A stretch of DNA of 64,000 nt from Patescibacteria group bacterium. Lineage in GTDB: Bacteria > Patescibacteriota > Saccharimonadia > Saccharimonadales > 2-12-FULL-41-12. The stretch spans positions 699,004 through 763,003 of the forward strand of contig JBBTSC010000001.1 in NCBI GenBank assembly GCA_038064875.1, in the 5' to 3' direction. A program made the position numbers and the translations under genes. The notes beneath the pieces were generated by a model. That model worked only from the letters and a program-made list of their open reading frames with translations. It was not told the DNA's origin and made no database searches. Below are positions 7,879 through 18,036 of this stretch, in pieces; position 1 is the stretch's first letter; each line of letters opens with the position of its first letter.

Positions 7879-10020
7879 GTGAGTACAATAAATCCTTACG
7901 GAAAAGAAATAATAACAGTAGAAACAGAATTCTGTGGTCGAAAGTTGAGCTTAGAATACGGACGTGTAGGTTTCCGAACCTCGGCCAGCGTCATAGTACG
8001 GTATGGCGACACAGTCGTGCTCGGTACAGCTATGGTCAAAGACAAGCCAGCAGAAGGCTTTGACTATTTCCCGATGTCTATCGACTACGAAGAAAAGATG
8101 TATGCAGCTGGAAAGATCAGCGGTAGTCGTTTCATCAAGCGTGAAGGACGGCCAAGTGACGAAGCGGTACTAATTGGCAGGCTAATTGACCGACCGATTC
8201 GACCATTATGGCCAAAGGGCTATCGCCACGAAGTTCAGGGTGTCGCATCTGTTATGAGCATGGATCCTGAGTTCCGTCCTGATATGATTGCTATGATTGC
8301 AGTTAGCTGTGCTCTTATGATGACCGGTGCTCCTTTTGAAGGGCCTGTTGCTGGAGTGCGTGTTGGAATAGTTGATGATAAGATCGTACCGTTTGCTAGT
8401 AGAGATCAACTAGATGGCGGGCCACTTGATCTAGTAGTTGCTGGTAGTAGCGAGGGAATAATGATGGTTGAAGCTGGCGCAAATGAGGTTTCTGAGGAAA
8501 AAGTAGCTGAAGCAATGGACATAGCCTTCAAAGCTATCCAGCCAGCAATTGAACTTCAGAAACAATTAGTCCAGAAATTGGATGTTAAACCACAAGAATA
8601 TACTCTGAGCCTGCCAGACGAGGCTTTCCAAAAACGTGTTGATGCCTGGGTAGATGGTAAGCTGGGTGATGCTATACGCTCTCCATATCCGGAACGAAAT
8701 GAATTAATTGCTGATATGCGTGCAGAATTGCTTGCAGAGATTGAAGCAGAAGATGCTGAGCACTACGCAGAACACAAGAATACTTATAATGATGCATTCA
8801 CAATGGCTCTTCACAAAGATGCACGCAGGGGTATAGTTGAGAAGCAACTACGACCAGATGGTAGAAAACTAAACGAAGTTAGGCAACTTTCTAGTGAAGT
8901 AGGAATTTTGCCAAGAACTCATGGTTCTAGCTTATTCACCAGAGGTCTAACACAAGCTCTTAATATCGTTACACTTGCACCACTTAGTTACGTTCAGCTC
9001 GTAGATACTATGGAGCGAAGTGGTGAGCGACGTTATTTCCACCACTATAACGCACCAGGGTATACTGTAGGTGAAATCCGGAGACTTGGTAGTGCTGGAA
9101 GAAGAGAAATTGGCCATGGCTATCTTGCAGAAAGAGCGCTTTCAGCTGTTCTTCCTAGTGAAGCAGAATTTCCATATACAATCCGTACAGTTACAGAAAT
9201 AATGAGTCAAAACGGCAGCACATCAATGGCAGCAACTTGTTCTAGTTGTCTGGCGCTTATGGATGCAGGGGTTCCATTGAAGCGACCAGTTAGTGGTATC
9301 GCGATGGGGCTAATGCTCGGAGAAGATGGCACACCATATATCTTGAGTGATATTGCAGATGCTGAAGACTTTGCTGGAGATATGGACTTTAAGGTTACAG
9401 GCACAGAGAAAGGTATTACAGCTATTCAAATGGATATGAAAGTTCATGGTCTAGGTGTTGATGTACTAAAACAAGCCTTGCTAGCCGGAAAAGAAGGGCG
9501 TGACTTCATCTTGAAACATATGATTAGCACACTTGGAGCTCCAAGAACATCTATCAGCCAATTTGCCCCACAAGTAGACAAAATACAGATCAACCCTGAA
9601 AAGATTCGTGAAGTAATCGGCAAAGGTGGCGAGATGATTAACAAGATTATTGACGAATCTGGCGCTGAGATTGATATTAAAGATGATGGTTTAGTCTTAA
9701 TCTCCGCTGTTAGTCGCGAGAGCATGGACAAAGCGATCAAGATGATCAAAGACATCACAGCAGAGCCAGAAGTAGGCACTATTTATGAGGATTGTCCAGT
9801 GATTAGCGTGCTTGATTTTGGAGCTTTTGTGCAGATAATGCCAGGAAAAGAAGGCTTAGTTCACGTTAGTGAAATGTCTGAGGAGCGAATAGCTAAGACA
9901 ACTGATTTTATAAAAGAAGGCGACAAAGTCACCGTAAAACTTGTTGCCATTGATGACAGAGGACGTTTGCAACTTAGTATGAAAGCAGCTCAAAGGGAGA
10001 AGAATGAGACGAAGAGTTAA
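7879..10020 (+). CDS. pnp: Polynucleotide phosphorylase
   Basis: Two RNase PH domains, a KH domain (GKGGEMINKI) and an S1 domain (GAFVQIMPGKEGLVHVSE). GTG at 7879, preceded by AAGGAAAGAGGA, is preferred over the tracked TTG at 7840. Confidence 0.93.
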   Translation: MSTINPYGKEIITVETEFCGRKLSLEYGRVGFRTSASVIVRYGDTVVLGTAMVKDKPAEGFDYFPMSIDYEEKMYAAGKISGSRFIKREGRPSDEAVLIGRLIDRPIRPLWPKGYRHEVQGVASVMSMDPEFRPDMIAMIAVSCALMMTGAPFEGPVAGVRVGIVDDKIVPFASRDQLDGGPLDLVVAGSSEGIMMVEAGANEVSEEKVAEAMDIAFKAIQPAIELQKQLVQKLDVKPQEYTLSLPDEAFQKRVDAWVDGKLGDAIRSPYPERNELIADMRAELLAEIEAEDAEHYAEHKNTYNDAFTMALHKDARRGIVEKQLRPDGRKLNEVRQLSSEVGILPRTHGSSLFTRGLTQALNIVTLAPLSYVQLVDTMERSGERRYFHHYNAPGYTVGEIRRLGSAGRREIGHGYLAERALSAVLPSEAEFPYTIRTVTEIMSQNGSTSMAATCSSCLALMDAGVPLKRPVSGIAMGLMLGEDGTPYILSDIADAEDFAGDMDFKVTGTEKGITAIQMDMKVHGLGVDVLKQALLAGKEGRDFILKHMISTLGAPRTSISQFAPQVDKIQINPEKIREVIGKGGEMINKIIDESGAEIDIKDDGLVLISAVSRESMDKAIKMIKDITAEPEVGTIYEDCPVISVLDFGAFVQIMPGKEGLVHVSEMSEERIAKTTDFIKEGDKVTVKLVAIDDRGRLQLSMKAAQREKNETKS

Positions 10021-10267
10021 GAGAGTTATTTTAAGTCACAATGACTATATCCACTACTCTATTGCGACTAACATAGTCCTGGGAATTATGGTGATATTTC
10101 TGGGGTCTAATGCTCTAGACAGTGGTGGTATGCTCTGGTATTTTGCCTGGATAGCTTCTATTTATTATTGGATAGGCATAACTATGCCAGCGCTTTGGCG
10201 CTTGACTCGTCGTCGAATAAAAAAACGTATTGATAGTCATGAACACAGACAAAAGAAAACTTCTTGA
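10004..10267 (+). CDS. Hypothetical small membrane protein (2 TM)
   Basis: 87 aa with two hydrophobic spans and basic termini. It overlaps the pnp 3' end and the udg 5' end. No recognisable family. Confidence 0.35.
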   Translation: MRRRVKRVILSHNDYIHYSIATNIVLGIMVIFLGSNALDSGGMLWYFAWIASIYYWIGITMPALWRLTRRRIKKRIDSHEHRQKKTS

Positions 10268-10850
10268 ACAGATTAGAGCAGATATACTCTCAGAGAATAT
10301 CTGCCCAGATTTGGCCAAGCAGGCCACGAACCTTGTCATGGGCGTAGGAAGTATCGATGCTGATGTTATGTTTGTCGGAGAAGCTCCTGGTAGAGATGAA
10401 GACAAACAAGGTGAGCCATTTGTTGGTGCAGCCGGCAGAGTGTTGAATCAGGCTCTAGTCAATAACCAACTAGAGAGAGCAGATGTCTATATAACCAACA
10501 TCGTTAAGTATCGACCGCCCAACAATCGGGACCCTGAGCCAGAGGAAAAACGTGCTTTTTGGCCGTTTTTACTTCAAGAAATTAAGACGATTGGCCCTAA
10601 GCTGATTGTTCCATTGGGACGACATTCTATGGGATATTTCTTGCCAGAAGAGAGTATTTCCAAGGCACATGGAAGAGTCAAAAATGTTGAAATCACCAAA
10701 GACAAGGGTCAAAAGCAACTGATTGCAGTTATGCCAATATATCACCCAGCTGCAACCATATATAACAGGCAATTAAAGGCAGATTTTGAAGCTGATTTTG
10801 CCAAAATTAAAGAGATTATTAACCAAATAACTAAAAAGGAAGAAAAATGA
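10239..10850 (+). CDS. Uracil-DNA glycosylase, family 4
   Basis: [24 protein letters not shown] and a C-terminal HPAA motif. ATG at 10239 is preferred over TTG at 10230. Confidence 0.85.
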   Translation: MNTDKRKLLEQIRADILSENICPDLAKQATNLVMGVGSIDADVMFVGEAPGRDEDKQGEPFVGAAGRVLNQALVNNQLERADVYITNIVKYRPPNNRDPEPEEKRAFWPFLLQEIKTIGPKLIVPLGRHSMGYFLPEESISKAHGRVKNVEITKDKGQKQLIAVMPIYHPAATIYNRQLKADFEADFAKIKEIINQITKKEEK

Positions 10851-12859
10851 GTAACCAACCAAACGGTTCAAACAAAAACAATCAACAAAAACAAAATAAT
10901 AACGGTGGTCCACGACCTGTCAGTCGAGGAGCTGCTATTCGTGCCCAAAAACGTACTAACGAAGACGCTCATAAACTAGCGAGCCAGTACCTGAGCGCAA
11001 AAGATAATGGCAAAGAACGAGCTAACTTTATAGATGACAGCCCCCGTCTTAAAATCATCGGACTTGGTGGTATGGACGGTGGTGGATCTAAAAACACTAT
11101 GCTTATCGAGTATAAAAATGATGTCGTAATCATGGACTGCGGTAATGACCTTGGTGTTGATCTACCAGGGATTAATTACGGAATTGCCGATATGTCATAC
11201 CTTGAGACTGTAAAGCACAAGCTCAAGGCGTATATCATTACGCACGGTCACCTTGATCACATCGGTGCTTTGCCACACATCTTGCCGAAGTATCCAGCTC
11301 CTGTCTACGGAAGTAAATTCTCGATCGGACGTGTTGAGGAAATCTTTGAGAATTTTGGCTTGCCGATGCCAGACGGCTTTGAGCTGAAAACTGTGGCAAT
11401 GAACGAGGACACACACGAAAGACTAAAAGTAGGTGATTTCTTCGTCGAATTAGTCAGAGTTACACACTCAATACCTGGTAGTACTTGTATTGTGCTTGAT
11501 ACACCTGTAGGACGTATCATAAACACGGGAGACTTTAGGCTCGATCCTAACCCATTAGACCATGAAAAAACAGATGTAGCTCGGCTTGAAGAGCTTGGTC
11601 GAGAAGGTGTTCTAGCACTACTAAGCGAGAGTACTACGACTGAGCGTGGAGGGCGTACGCCGAGTGAAAGCACTATTGAACAAAGCTTCAACGACATTAT
11701 GAAGAATGCTCCAGGGAGAGTTTTTATCGGATTGTTCTCAACCAATATGAACCGTATCCAGATGTTGGTAAATGCAGCCGTTGCTAATAACAAACGAGTT
11801 GCTATGGACGGACGAAGTATGGTTAGTACCCTTGAAATGGCTGTCCGGCACGGATTTATGAAAATTCCAAAAGGGACTTTCATCCCAATTTCTAGTGTTG
11901 CTAACATGAAAGATCAAGATGTAGTAGTTGTCTGTACCGGTAGTCAGGGAGAGCCAAACTCGGCTCTTCAAAGAATGAGTAACGGTGAGCACCAACACGT
12001 AAAGCTTAAAGAGCAGGATACAGTTGTTCTGAGTTCTACGCCGATTCCAGAATCTGGTAACGATTCTCTGATTGGTAACATGGTTGATGATTTTATGCGA
12101 AAGAATGTCCATGTCTACCGTCATGAAACATATTCACTTGATGGTTGTGGACCACTTCACGTATCTGGTCACGCCAGTATCGATGAATACAAAGACATGA
12201 TCAATATGACTAAGCCAAAGTTCTTTATACCTATCTATGGAAGTTTTCGATCCAAAAAACGACACATCGAGATTGCGGTTGAGGAAGGAATTCCGCGCAA
12301 AAATACAGTCAATGCAGAGAACGGACAAGTTATCGCACTGACTCCTGACAAGATGGAAATCGTCGGTGAAGTACCTCACGGAACCATGCTTGTCGACCAG
12401 ATTGGCGAATTAGTTAGTAACGTTGTCGTGAAAGATAGACTGATACTTGCTAAAGAAGGTATTGTTGCGGTCATCCTGACTATTGATAAAAAGACGGGAA
12501 GTTTATTGACTAGCCCTGACATAATCAGCCGTGGTTTTATCTATATGAAAGACGAAGAAGAATTGATGAATTCGTTCAGAGCAGAGCTTCGAAGAGCAGT
12601 CTCTCAACGGTTCAAGAGAGTTGACCTAGATAGGTTCAAGATCGAACTACGCGAACATGTGACACATTTCCTATACCAAAAGACTAACCGTAGTCCGATA
12701 GTTATCCCAGTGGTAAACGTAGTCGGTGGTGCCCAAAAGCAGGGTGGTCAAAACAATAAGAAACCAGGAGCAAAACCTGGGGAAGATCAGGCCGACGCAC
12801 AAAAACGTTTTGCTAATATGCGAGCAAAACTTCTTAACCAAGACCCTCGAGTAGATTAG
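10847..12859 (+). CDS. rnj: Ribonuclease J
   Basis: Metallo-beta-lactamase motif THGHLDHIGALP with beta-CASP layout. Asn/Gln-rich N-terminal extension. ATGA overlap with the upstream gene. Confidence 0.9.
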   Translation: MSNQPNGSNKNNQQKQNNNGGPRPVSRGAAIRAQKRTNEDAHKLASQYLSAKDNGKERANFIDDSPRLKIIGLGGMDGGGSKNTMLIEYKNDVVIMDCGNDLGVDLPGINYGIADMSYLETVKHKLKAYIITHGHLDHIGALPHILPKYPAPVYGSKFSIGRVEEIFENFGLPMPDGFELKTVAMNEDTHERLKVGDFFVELVRVTHSIPGSTCIVLDTPVGRIINTGDFRLDPNPLDHEKTDVARLEELGREGVLALLSESTTTERGGRTPSESTIEQSFNDIMKNAPGRVFIGLFSTNMNRIQMLVNAAVANNKRVAMDGRSMVSTLEMAVRHGFMKIPKGTFIPISSVANMKDQDVVVVCTGSQGEPNSALQRMSNGEHQHVKLKEQDTVVLSSTPIPESGNDSLIGNMVDDFMRKNVHVYRHETYSLDGCGPLHVSGHASIDEYKDMINMTKPKFFIPIYGSFRSKKRHIEIAVEEGIPRKNTVNAENGQVIALTPDKMEIVGEVPHGTMLVDQIGELVSNVVVKDRLILAKEGIVAVILTIDKKTGSLLTSPDIISRGFIYMKDEEELMNSFRAELRRAVSQRFKRVDLDRFKIELREHVTHFLYQKTNRSPIVIPVVNVVGGAQKQGGQNNKKPGAKPGEDQADAQKRFANMRAKLLNQDPRVD

Positions 12860-13224
12860 ACTTTTTGGGGTTGTTCTCTCGAGAATACAACTACAAGTTC
12901 AACATCTTCTTCTATGACTCTCGGCTGAGCCTGTTCGCCTATATTTTGAGCGACTGATTCTATAGGGCTGTAGATAATCTCAGGGTTTTCAGTGGCTGTG
13001 CCTTTATGAGCGTTTCTTTGAGCACGAATACCCACATGGTCCAGGACATATTCTGCCCCGAGCTTTAATTTACGAGGAATTTTGCCAATATTAACAGCTA
13101 TTTCTCTCTCATGATTCCCACTTTCAGACCATTTATTGAGGGCTTCTGTAGCGCTGGCGACAGAGTCTCTTAAATACTCATTCCTGGCGTGACGGGTCAT
13201 TTTACGAGATTTTCCTAAAAACAT
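12856..13224 (-). CDS. Hypothetical protein
   Basis: 122-aa ORF convergent with rnj; the stops overlap (TTAG). No recognisable motif. Confidence 0.4.
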   Translation of the reverse strand: MFLGKSRKMTRHARNEYLRDSVASATEALNKWSESGNHEREIAVNIGKIPRKLKLGAEYVLDHVGIRAQRNAHKGTATENPEIIYSPIESVAQNIGEQAQPRVIEEDVELVVVFSREQPQKV

Positions 13225-13272
13225 GTCCGTTATTTATAACAGATAACAGGGGATATACAAAGCATGAGCCAT

Positions 13273-13301
13273 TTGACTTTTGTTGTGATTTTTGCTATAA
13301 T
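13273..13301 (+). promoter_or_regulatory. Sigma-70-like promoter upstream of ftsK
   Basis: TTGACT, 17-nt spacer, TATAAT. Confidence 0.45.
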
Positions 13302-13349
13302 TGCCTTATGTTATTAAGTTTCTCAATCTGGTAGAATAGCTTTAGCAAT

Positions 13350-15569
13350 ATGGCAAAAAAGAAACAAAATAAAAAAACACCAAAGGCAAATTCAGGTCAG
13401 CCAAGGACAAAAGTCTGGCGCAATATTATTAGCGTTGTTCTGGTCATAGTGTCAACTCTTGCCTTTGTCGGCTCTTTTAACACGGGGGGCTCTCTACCTA
13501 TTGGGCTTTATCGTGCATTTGACTGGACCTTTGGATGGGCGTCATTTGTGGCAGCCTTTTCAATAATATATATGGTTATTTACAGATTTACTCGCCCAGA
13601 CCAAAAACTGAACATAAAACACCTTGCCTCTATGGATGCGTTCTTAATATTTTTGGCGGGATTTTTCCATGTACTTACCATTAAGAGAGATAGCGCTACT
13701 GGTGAAGTTAGTGGTGGAGATGGTGGATTTATCGGCGAGATAGTTGGCGGTACTGTATTTAGCTTTTTAGACAAATACCCTGCAATTATTGTTATGTTCA
13801 TCTTGAGCTTTGTGCTTTTCTTTGCAGCATACAACTTATCGCTCAAGAATTTCCTTAGCTTTATTAGTCGCAAGCTCTTCCCGCCACCAAAAGATGATCA
13901 AGATCTTGAAGATCTTCAGCAAAACTCAGGATTCAAACTTAACCAAGGAGTTCCTTTAGAAGATCATACCGAAGATCCTGCGAATAAACCTGCCAGATTG
14001 TCATCATTTAAGAATACGGCCAAGCAACTAGCGGGTACAGATAATCAGCACGCGTTAACAGCTATAAAAGATCCTGATTGGAAGTATCCTGGCCTTGACC
14101 TATTAGATCTCAAGCAAGACAAGGCAGACGCTGGAGATATTAACCAAAATGCCGACATTATCCGTGATACTCTGAGCAATTTTAGTGTTAACGTTGACAT
14201 GGAAGGCGCCAATGTTGGCCCGAGGGTAACGCAGTACACCCTAAAGCCACCTACAGGAGTGAGGCTTACTAAAATAACTGCACTTGAAGATAACTTGGCT
14301 CTAGATTTAGCTGCGCATTCTATCAGGATAGAAGCTCCAATTCCTGGGAAGAGGTTAGTCGGTATCGAGGTGCCAAATCACAAATCAGCTACAGTGAGGA
14401 TCGGGGGGATCTTGGATTCTAGTGAGTGGAAAAAACTAAATTCTCCACTTGGTTTTGTTATCGGTAAAGATATTGCAGGCGTGCCAGTTGTAGCAGATCT
14501 AGCTAAGATGCCACATTTGTTGGTTGCTGGACAGACAGGCTCAGGAAAATCAGTGATGATTAATACTATTTTGACTAGCTTGCTCTATCACAATACTCCT
14601 GCCGATTTGAAATTAATCCTGGTTGATCCTAAGCAAGTTGAATTAACTCCATATGACGGTATACCACATCTGTTAGCGCCTGTTATTCATGAACCAGAGA
14701 AGTGCATTAGTGCTCTAAAATGGGCCATAGCAGAAATGGAAAGACGTCTCAAGACAATGGCCGGGGAAGGCAAAAGAAATATTGAGGAATACAACAACCT
14801 TAAAAAAGAAGAAGGTATGCCTTACGTCGTAATTGTGATTGATGAGCTCGCAGATCTGATGATGGTTGCAGCCAGGGATGTAGAGGCGCTGATAGTTAGA
14901 ATTGCCCAGAAAGCTAGGGCTTCAGGTATTCATTTGGTGCTGGCAACCCAAAGACCAAGTGTTGATGTGATCACAGGCCTTATTAAAGCGAATGTACCAT
15001 CCAGAATTGCCTTTACAGTGGCAAGCCAAGTTGATTCTAGAACGATTATCGACGGCGTAGGAGCTAATAAGTTACTTGGTCAGGGAGATATGCTTTTTAA
15101 ATCCTCAGTTATGCCAAATGCGAAGAGGATCCAAGCAGCCTTCATATCTGAACAAGAAACAGCTAAAATCAATCAATTCCTAAAGAGTCAGAGAGAACCA
15201 CAATATGACGACGAGGTGGTTTCTCAGCCAGTCCAGCTCAACGGCAAAGGTGGCATAGTGACACACGATAATTTTGGCGGTGGAAGTGCAGATGATGATT
15301 TGTGGCGAGATGCAGTCCAAGTAGTTATAGATGGTCGAAAAGCCAGCACTAGCTTGTTGCAGAGACGTCTAAGGGTAGGTTATGCTCGTGCTGCAAGGTT
15401 GATAGAATCCATGGAAGAACAAGGAATTGTAGGACATGCAGATGGTTCTAGGCCAAGAGATGTGCTGGTAAATAGCATAGATGAAGTGTTCGGTAACGAA
15501 GACCTGCCAGAAGCGCCGGATGATTTTGCAGATACTGATGAAGCGAAGGACGAGTACCTAAGTCGTTAA
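13350..15569 (+). CDS. ftsK: DNA translocase FtsK/SpoIIIE
   Basis: N-terminal TM segments, Walker A GQTGSGKS, Walker B VVIVIDELADLM, and a C-terminal gamma winged helix (TSLLQRRLRVGYARAARLIESME). Confidence 0.92.
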   Translation: MAKKKQNKKTPKANSGQPRTKVWRNIISVVLVIVSTLAFVGSFNTGGSLPIGLYRAFDWTFGWASFVAAFSIIYMVIYRFTRPDQKLNIKHLASMDAFLIFLAGFFHVLTIKRDSATGEVSGGDGGFIGEIVGGTVFSFLDKYPAIIVMFILSFVLFFAAYNLSLKNFLSFISRKLFPPPKDDQDLEDLQQNSGFKLNQGVPLEDHTEDPANKPARLSSFKNTAKQLAGTDNQHALTAIKDPDWKYPGLDLLDLKQDKADAGDINQNADIIRDTLSNFSVNVDMEGANVGPRVTQYTLKPPTGVRLTKITALEDNLALDLAAHSIRIEAPIPGKRLVGIEVPNHKSATVRIGGILDSSEWKKLNSPLGFVIGKDIAGVPVVADLAKMPHLLVAGQTGSGKSVMINTILTSLLYHNTPADLKLILVDPKQVELTPYDGIPHLLAPVIHEPEKCISALKWAIAEMERRLKTMAGEGKRNIEEYNNLKKEEGMPYVVIVIDELADLMMVAARDVEALIVRIAQKARASGIHLVLATQRPSVDVITGLIKANVPSRIAFTVASQVDSRTIIDGVGANKLLGQGDMLFKSSVMPNAKRIQAAFISEQETAKINQFLKSQREPQYDDEVVSQPVQLNGKGGIVTHDNFGGGSADDDLWRDAVQVVIDGRKASTSLLQRRLRVGYARAARLIESMEEQGIVGHADGSRPRDVLVNSIDEVFGNEDLPEAPDDFADTDEAKDEYLSR

Positions 15570-15577
15570 CCTTATTA

Positions 15578-16555
15578 CTAGAGTTCGCCTTCGTAGAATA
15601 CATCTGGCTCACCTCTGTTCCTGCGGAACTGAGCAATATCTGTCATCATTGTCGGCACGGTTAATTCAGTTACTTCATTTGGAGGTACAATGCCACCAAG
15701 CCTGATTACTGTTGGACGCTCACCCCTGCCAAAACTTGTGTAGACAGGCAAGAGTCCACAGCCCATATCTCCGATCAAACGGATTGTCGCATCTTCTACC
15801 TTTTTTGTTAGTATTTTTCCTTCATGCTCGCCTTGGCCAGGGAAGTTAGGAGTACCACCTGGAGACAAAGACCACAGTGTAAATCCGCCGTTTTCATCAG
15901 TTGTGTTACTAGCTACTTCAACACTATCTGCCCTCAATTTAGAGTTATATTCTTTTCTGAAACCCTCAGGAATACCTGAATCAATCATTTGTTGATTGAT
16001 CGGAAATGAAAGGTGAGGATTCACAACCAGCTGTTGTAGTCGCATAAAAGGCAAAGAAAGACGATTTGGAAGACCGGGTTTGCCGATAACTATAGGGGCC
16101 AGTCCTCTGGTTGCTATACCGTGAGATCGTCTAATCATAGCTTCCAAATTCTCCTGGTATCTGCCATTTTCGGATGCATGGGCAATCCCAATAGTCGCTG
16201 AGTGGAGAGCGAGCGCTGCCTGAAGATCTGGCGAATGGTCATTGACTAGCATTACTGGAAAGTCTTGGAGATCAGCAGTTATCTCAGGTGCTTTTTCTAC
16301 AAAAGGGGCTACAAATTGTTCATCTATGTCCTCGCCTGACATACGGTGCATTTTCCCGAGTATTCTTTTGCCGATCGGTTCGCTAAATCTGTTTGGTCTG
16401 GCTTCCCAGAAGGTTTTTTCATAGTCACAAAGAGGGTCTTTAGGCTCATATGGTGCAGAGAAGGCTAATTTATCAAAGCCTGTTCTCTCAAGATACCTAT
16501 CAGTAAAATCTTGTGCCAAGATTTCGTGTACTAGTTGATTCTGTGAAACGTTCAT
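15578..16555 (-). CDS. Hypothetical protein (325 aa)
   Basis: Long clean ORF with no confident family. There is only a faint resemblance in motif order to acyltransferases (VNDHSPD ... SPGGTP ... LLPVY), which is not reliable. Confidence 0.5.
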   Translation of the reverse strand: MNVSQNQLVHEILAQDFTDRYLERTGFDKLAFSAPYEPKDPLCDYEKTFWEARPNRFSEPIGKRILGKMHRMSGEDIDEQFVAPFVEKAPEITADLQDFPVMLVNDHSPDLQAALALHSATIGIAHASENGRYQENLEAMIRRSHGIATRGLAPIVIGKPGLPNRLSLPFMRLQQLVVNPHLSFPINQQMIDSGIPEGFRKEYNSKLRADSVEVASNTTDENGGFTLWSLSPGGTPNFPGQGEHEGKILTKKVEDATIRLIGDMGCGLLPVYTSFGRGERPTVIRLGGIVPPNEVTELTVPTMMTDIAQFRRNRGEPDVFYEGEL

Positions 16556-16639
16556 TCCAGACTACTTTACTACATATTCCAACAAAAGAAAATTGCTTAC
16601 GTTTATAAAATTGACTACTGTTAGAGTGAGCAAATTCGA

Positions 16640-16668
16640 TTGACTATATTTGACAGACAGAGTATAAT
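16640..16668 (+). promoter_or_regulatory. Consensus promoter 8 nt upstream of ATG (probable leaderless mRNA)
   Basis: TTGACT, 17-nt spacer, TATAAT. ATG at 16677 with no Shine-Dalgarno. Confidence 0.5.
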
Positions 16669-16676
16669 GTTAATTA

Positions 16677-17564
16677 ATGAGTGACGTGTCTAAAGAATTA
16701 CTGTCAGAGCCAGAAGCTCTAACTTTTGCGAATTTTAATCCTGCTGAGCATTCGGTTTATGAAATCGGCGGAGATGTATTGCCACAGATGGCCGAAGTTT
16801 TTGGTCATACGCTGGAAAATGATCCAGATGTAGATAATCTCGGTCAGCTGATCGAGCTTATTGGTCCTGCAAAAGAACTTCAACAGAATATACAAGGAGT
16901 ACAACAAAGAATTGGCGCCAATGAAGATGCAGTCGACCTTGCGAGAAGTTGGGTTGAAAGATCAGGGCTCTTAACTCCGGTTGAAAGATCCTTCTTGGAT
17001 CCCGAGGATACATCACGAAGAGATGATGAATTAGTAGGTATTATTACGGGTGGTGTTAGGAATTGGATGCAAAGACGTGCAGATCTGGCATTAAAACTTA
17101 CAGAAGAAGGGGTAATCTTCAAGAAGATTATACTAGCAGCCGGTCATAGAGAAATGGCTCAAGGTGAAGGTCAAGACGTAGCTCAGAGAATGACAGAAAT
17201 AGAATATATGAACTTAGTCCTTGCGAATAAACTTCATGGGCATGCTTCTGACGTAGTGCAAATACTGGCTGTAGACTCTGAGGTAGGCGATGATGTAGGA
17301 AGAAGGGTTGCAAGTAGCGTAGATGAGTCTGATGATGAACCGCTTGTTATTAGCAACGCTGGTGTATGGGTACAGAACGCAGGTCAGATTAGTAGAGGTT
17401 TTAGAGACGAGTATGGCGCTCCTGTTCAAAAAGATGTGCATGTCGTGAGCGACCAATTCCCCTTAGGAACAGGCGAAGAGCCAACCGCTACCCATCAAAA
17501 TCCTTTTTCAGCTCTTAGTCTTATTATTAGGAATTCTCAGGAATTCGTCCGGGCTCAGAGTTGA
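16677..17564 (+). CDS. Hypothetical acidic protein (295 aa)
   Basis: Clean ORF, divergent from 15578-16555. No recognisable motif. Confidence 0.5.
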   Translation: MSDVSKELLSEPEALTFANFNPAEHSVYEIGGDVLPQMAEVFGHTLENDPDVDNLGQLIELIGPAKELQQNIQGVQQRIGANEDAVDLARSWVERSGLLTPVERSFLDPEDTSRRDDELVGIITGGVRNWMQRRADLALKLTEEGVIFKKIILAAGHREMAQGEGQDVAQRMTEIEYMNLVLANKLHGHASDVVQILAVDSEVGDDVGRRVASSVDESDDEPLVISNAGVWVQNAGQISRGFRDEYGAPVQKDVHVVSDQFPLGTGEEPTATHQNPFSALSLIIRNSQEFVRAQS

Positions 17565-17658
17565 TTTTTAAGAAGTTTTGTAGTAAAATTTAGGTATTAA
17601 TAACTCAGCTTGTGGCCATGGAGGGCACACAGGCAGTAACCAAGGAGGAAAACCTTAT

Positions 17659-18027
17659 ATGAAAAGCGAATATGAAATCGCAGTCGTCTTTGACCCGCAA
17701 CTTTCTGTGGATCTAGACAAAGCTACTAATAAAGTAGACCAAATCTTTAAAACAGCTAGTGCAAAAGTTGTAAATATTGATAATTGGGGCAAGAAGAATC
17801 TAGCTTACAAAATCGGACAACATTCTGAAGGTATTTATGTTTTTTATAACATTGAAGTTGAAGGATCTCAAGTCGGCAAAATCGAGTCTACACTTAATAT
17901 CACTGACGAGGTTATTCGATATTTGGTAGTAAAAGTTGATCACAAGAAGGCTGAGAAGATAGAAAAGCTTAAAGAGATCAAGAAAAGTAAGATGCCTGCA
18001 GTAGCAAGCGAAAAGAAGGAAAGTTAA
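17659..18027 (+). CDS. rpsF: 30S ribosomal protein S6
   Basis: YEIAVVFDPQLS...WGKKNLAYKI. AAGGAGG SD. rpsF-ssb-rpsR order. Confidence 0.9.
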   Translation: MKSEYEIAVVFDPQLSVDLDKATNKVDQIFKTASAKVVNIDNWGKKNLAYKIGQHSEGIYVFYNIEVEGSQVGKIESTLNITDEVIRYLVVKVDHKKAEKIEKLKEIKKSKMPAVASEKKES

Positions 18028-18036
18028 GGAGTAGTT

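Noticed and set aside
11305-11907. A 200-aa ORF antisense to rnj. There are many similar 60-130-aa antisense ORFs inside polA, pnp, ftsK, pilB, gyrB and other genes.
   Set aside because: These lie entirely within strongly supported genes on the opposite strand. They have biased, low-complexity Ser/Leu/Pro-rich composition typical of shadow frames, and no SD or promoter context.
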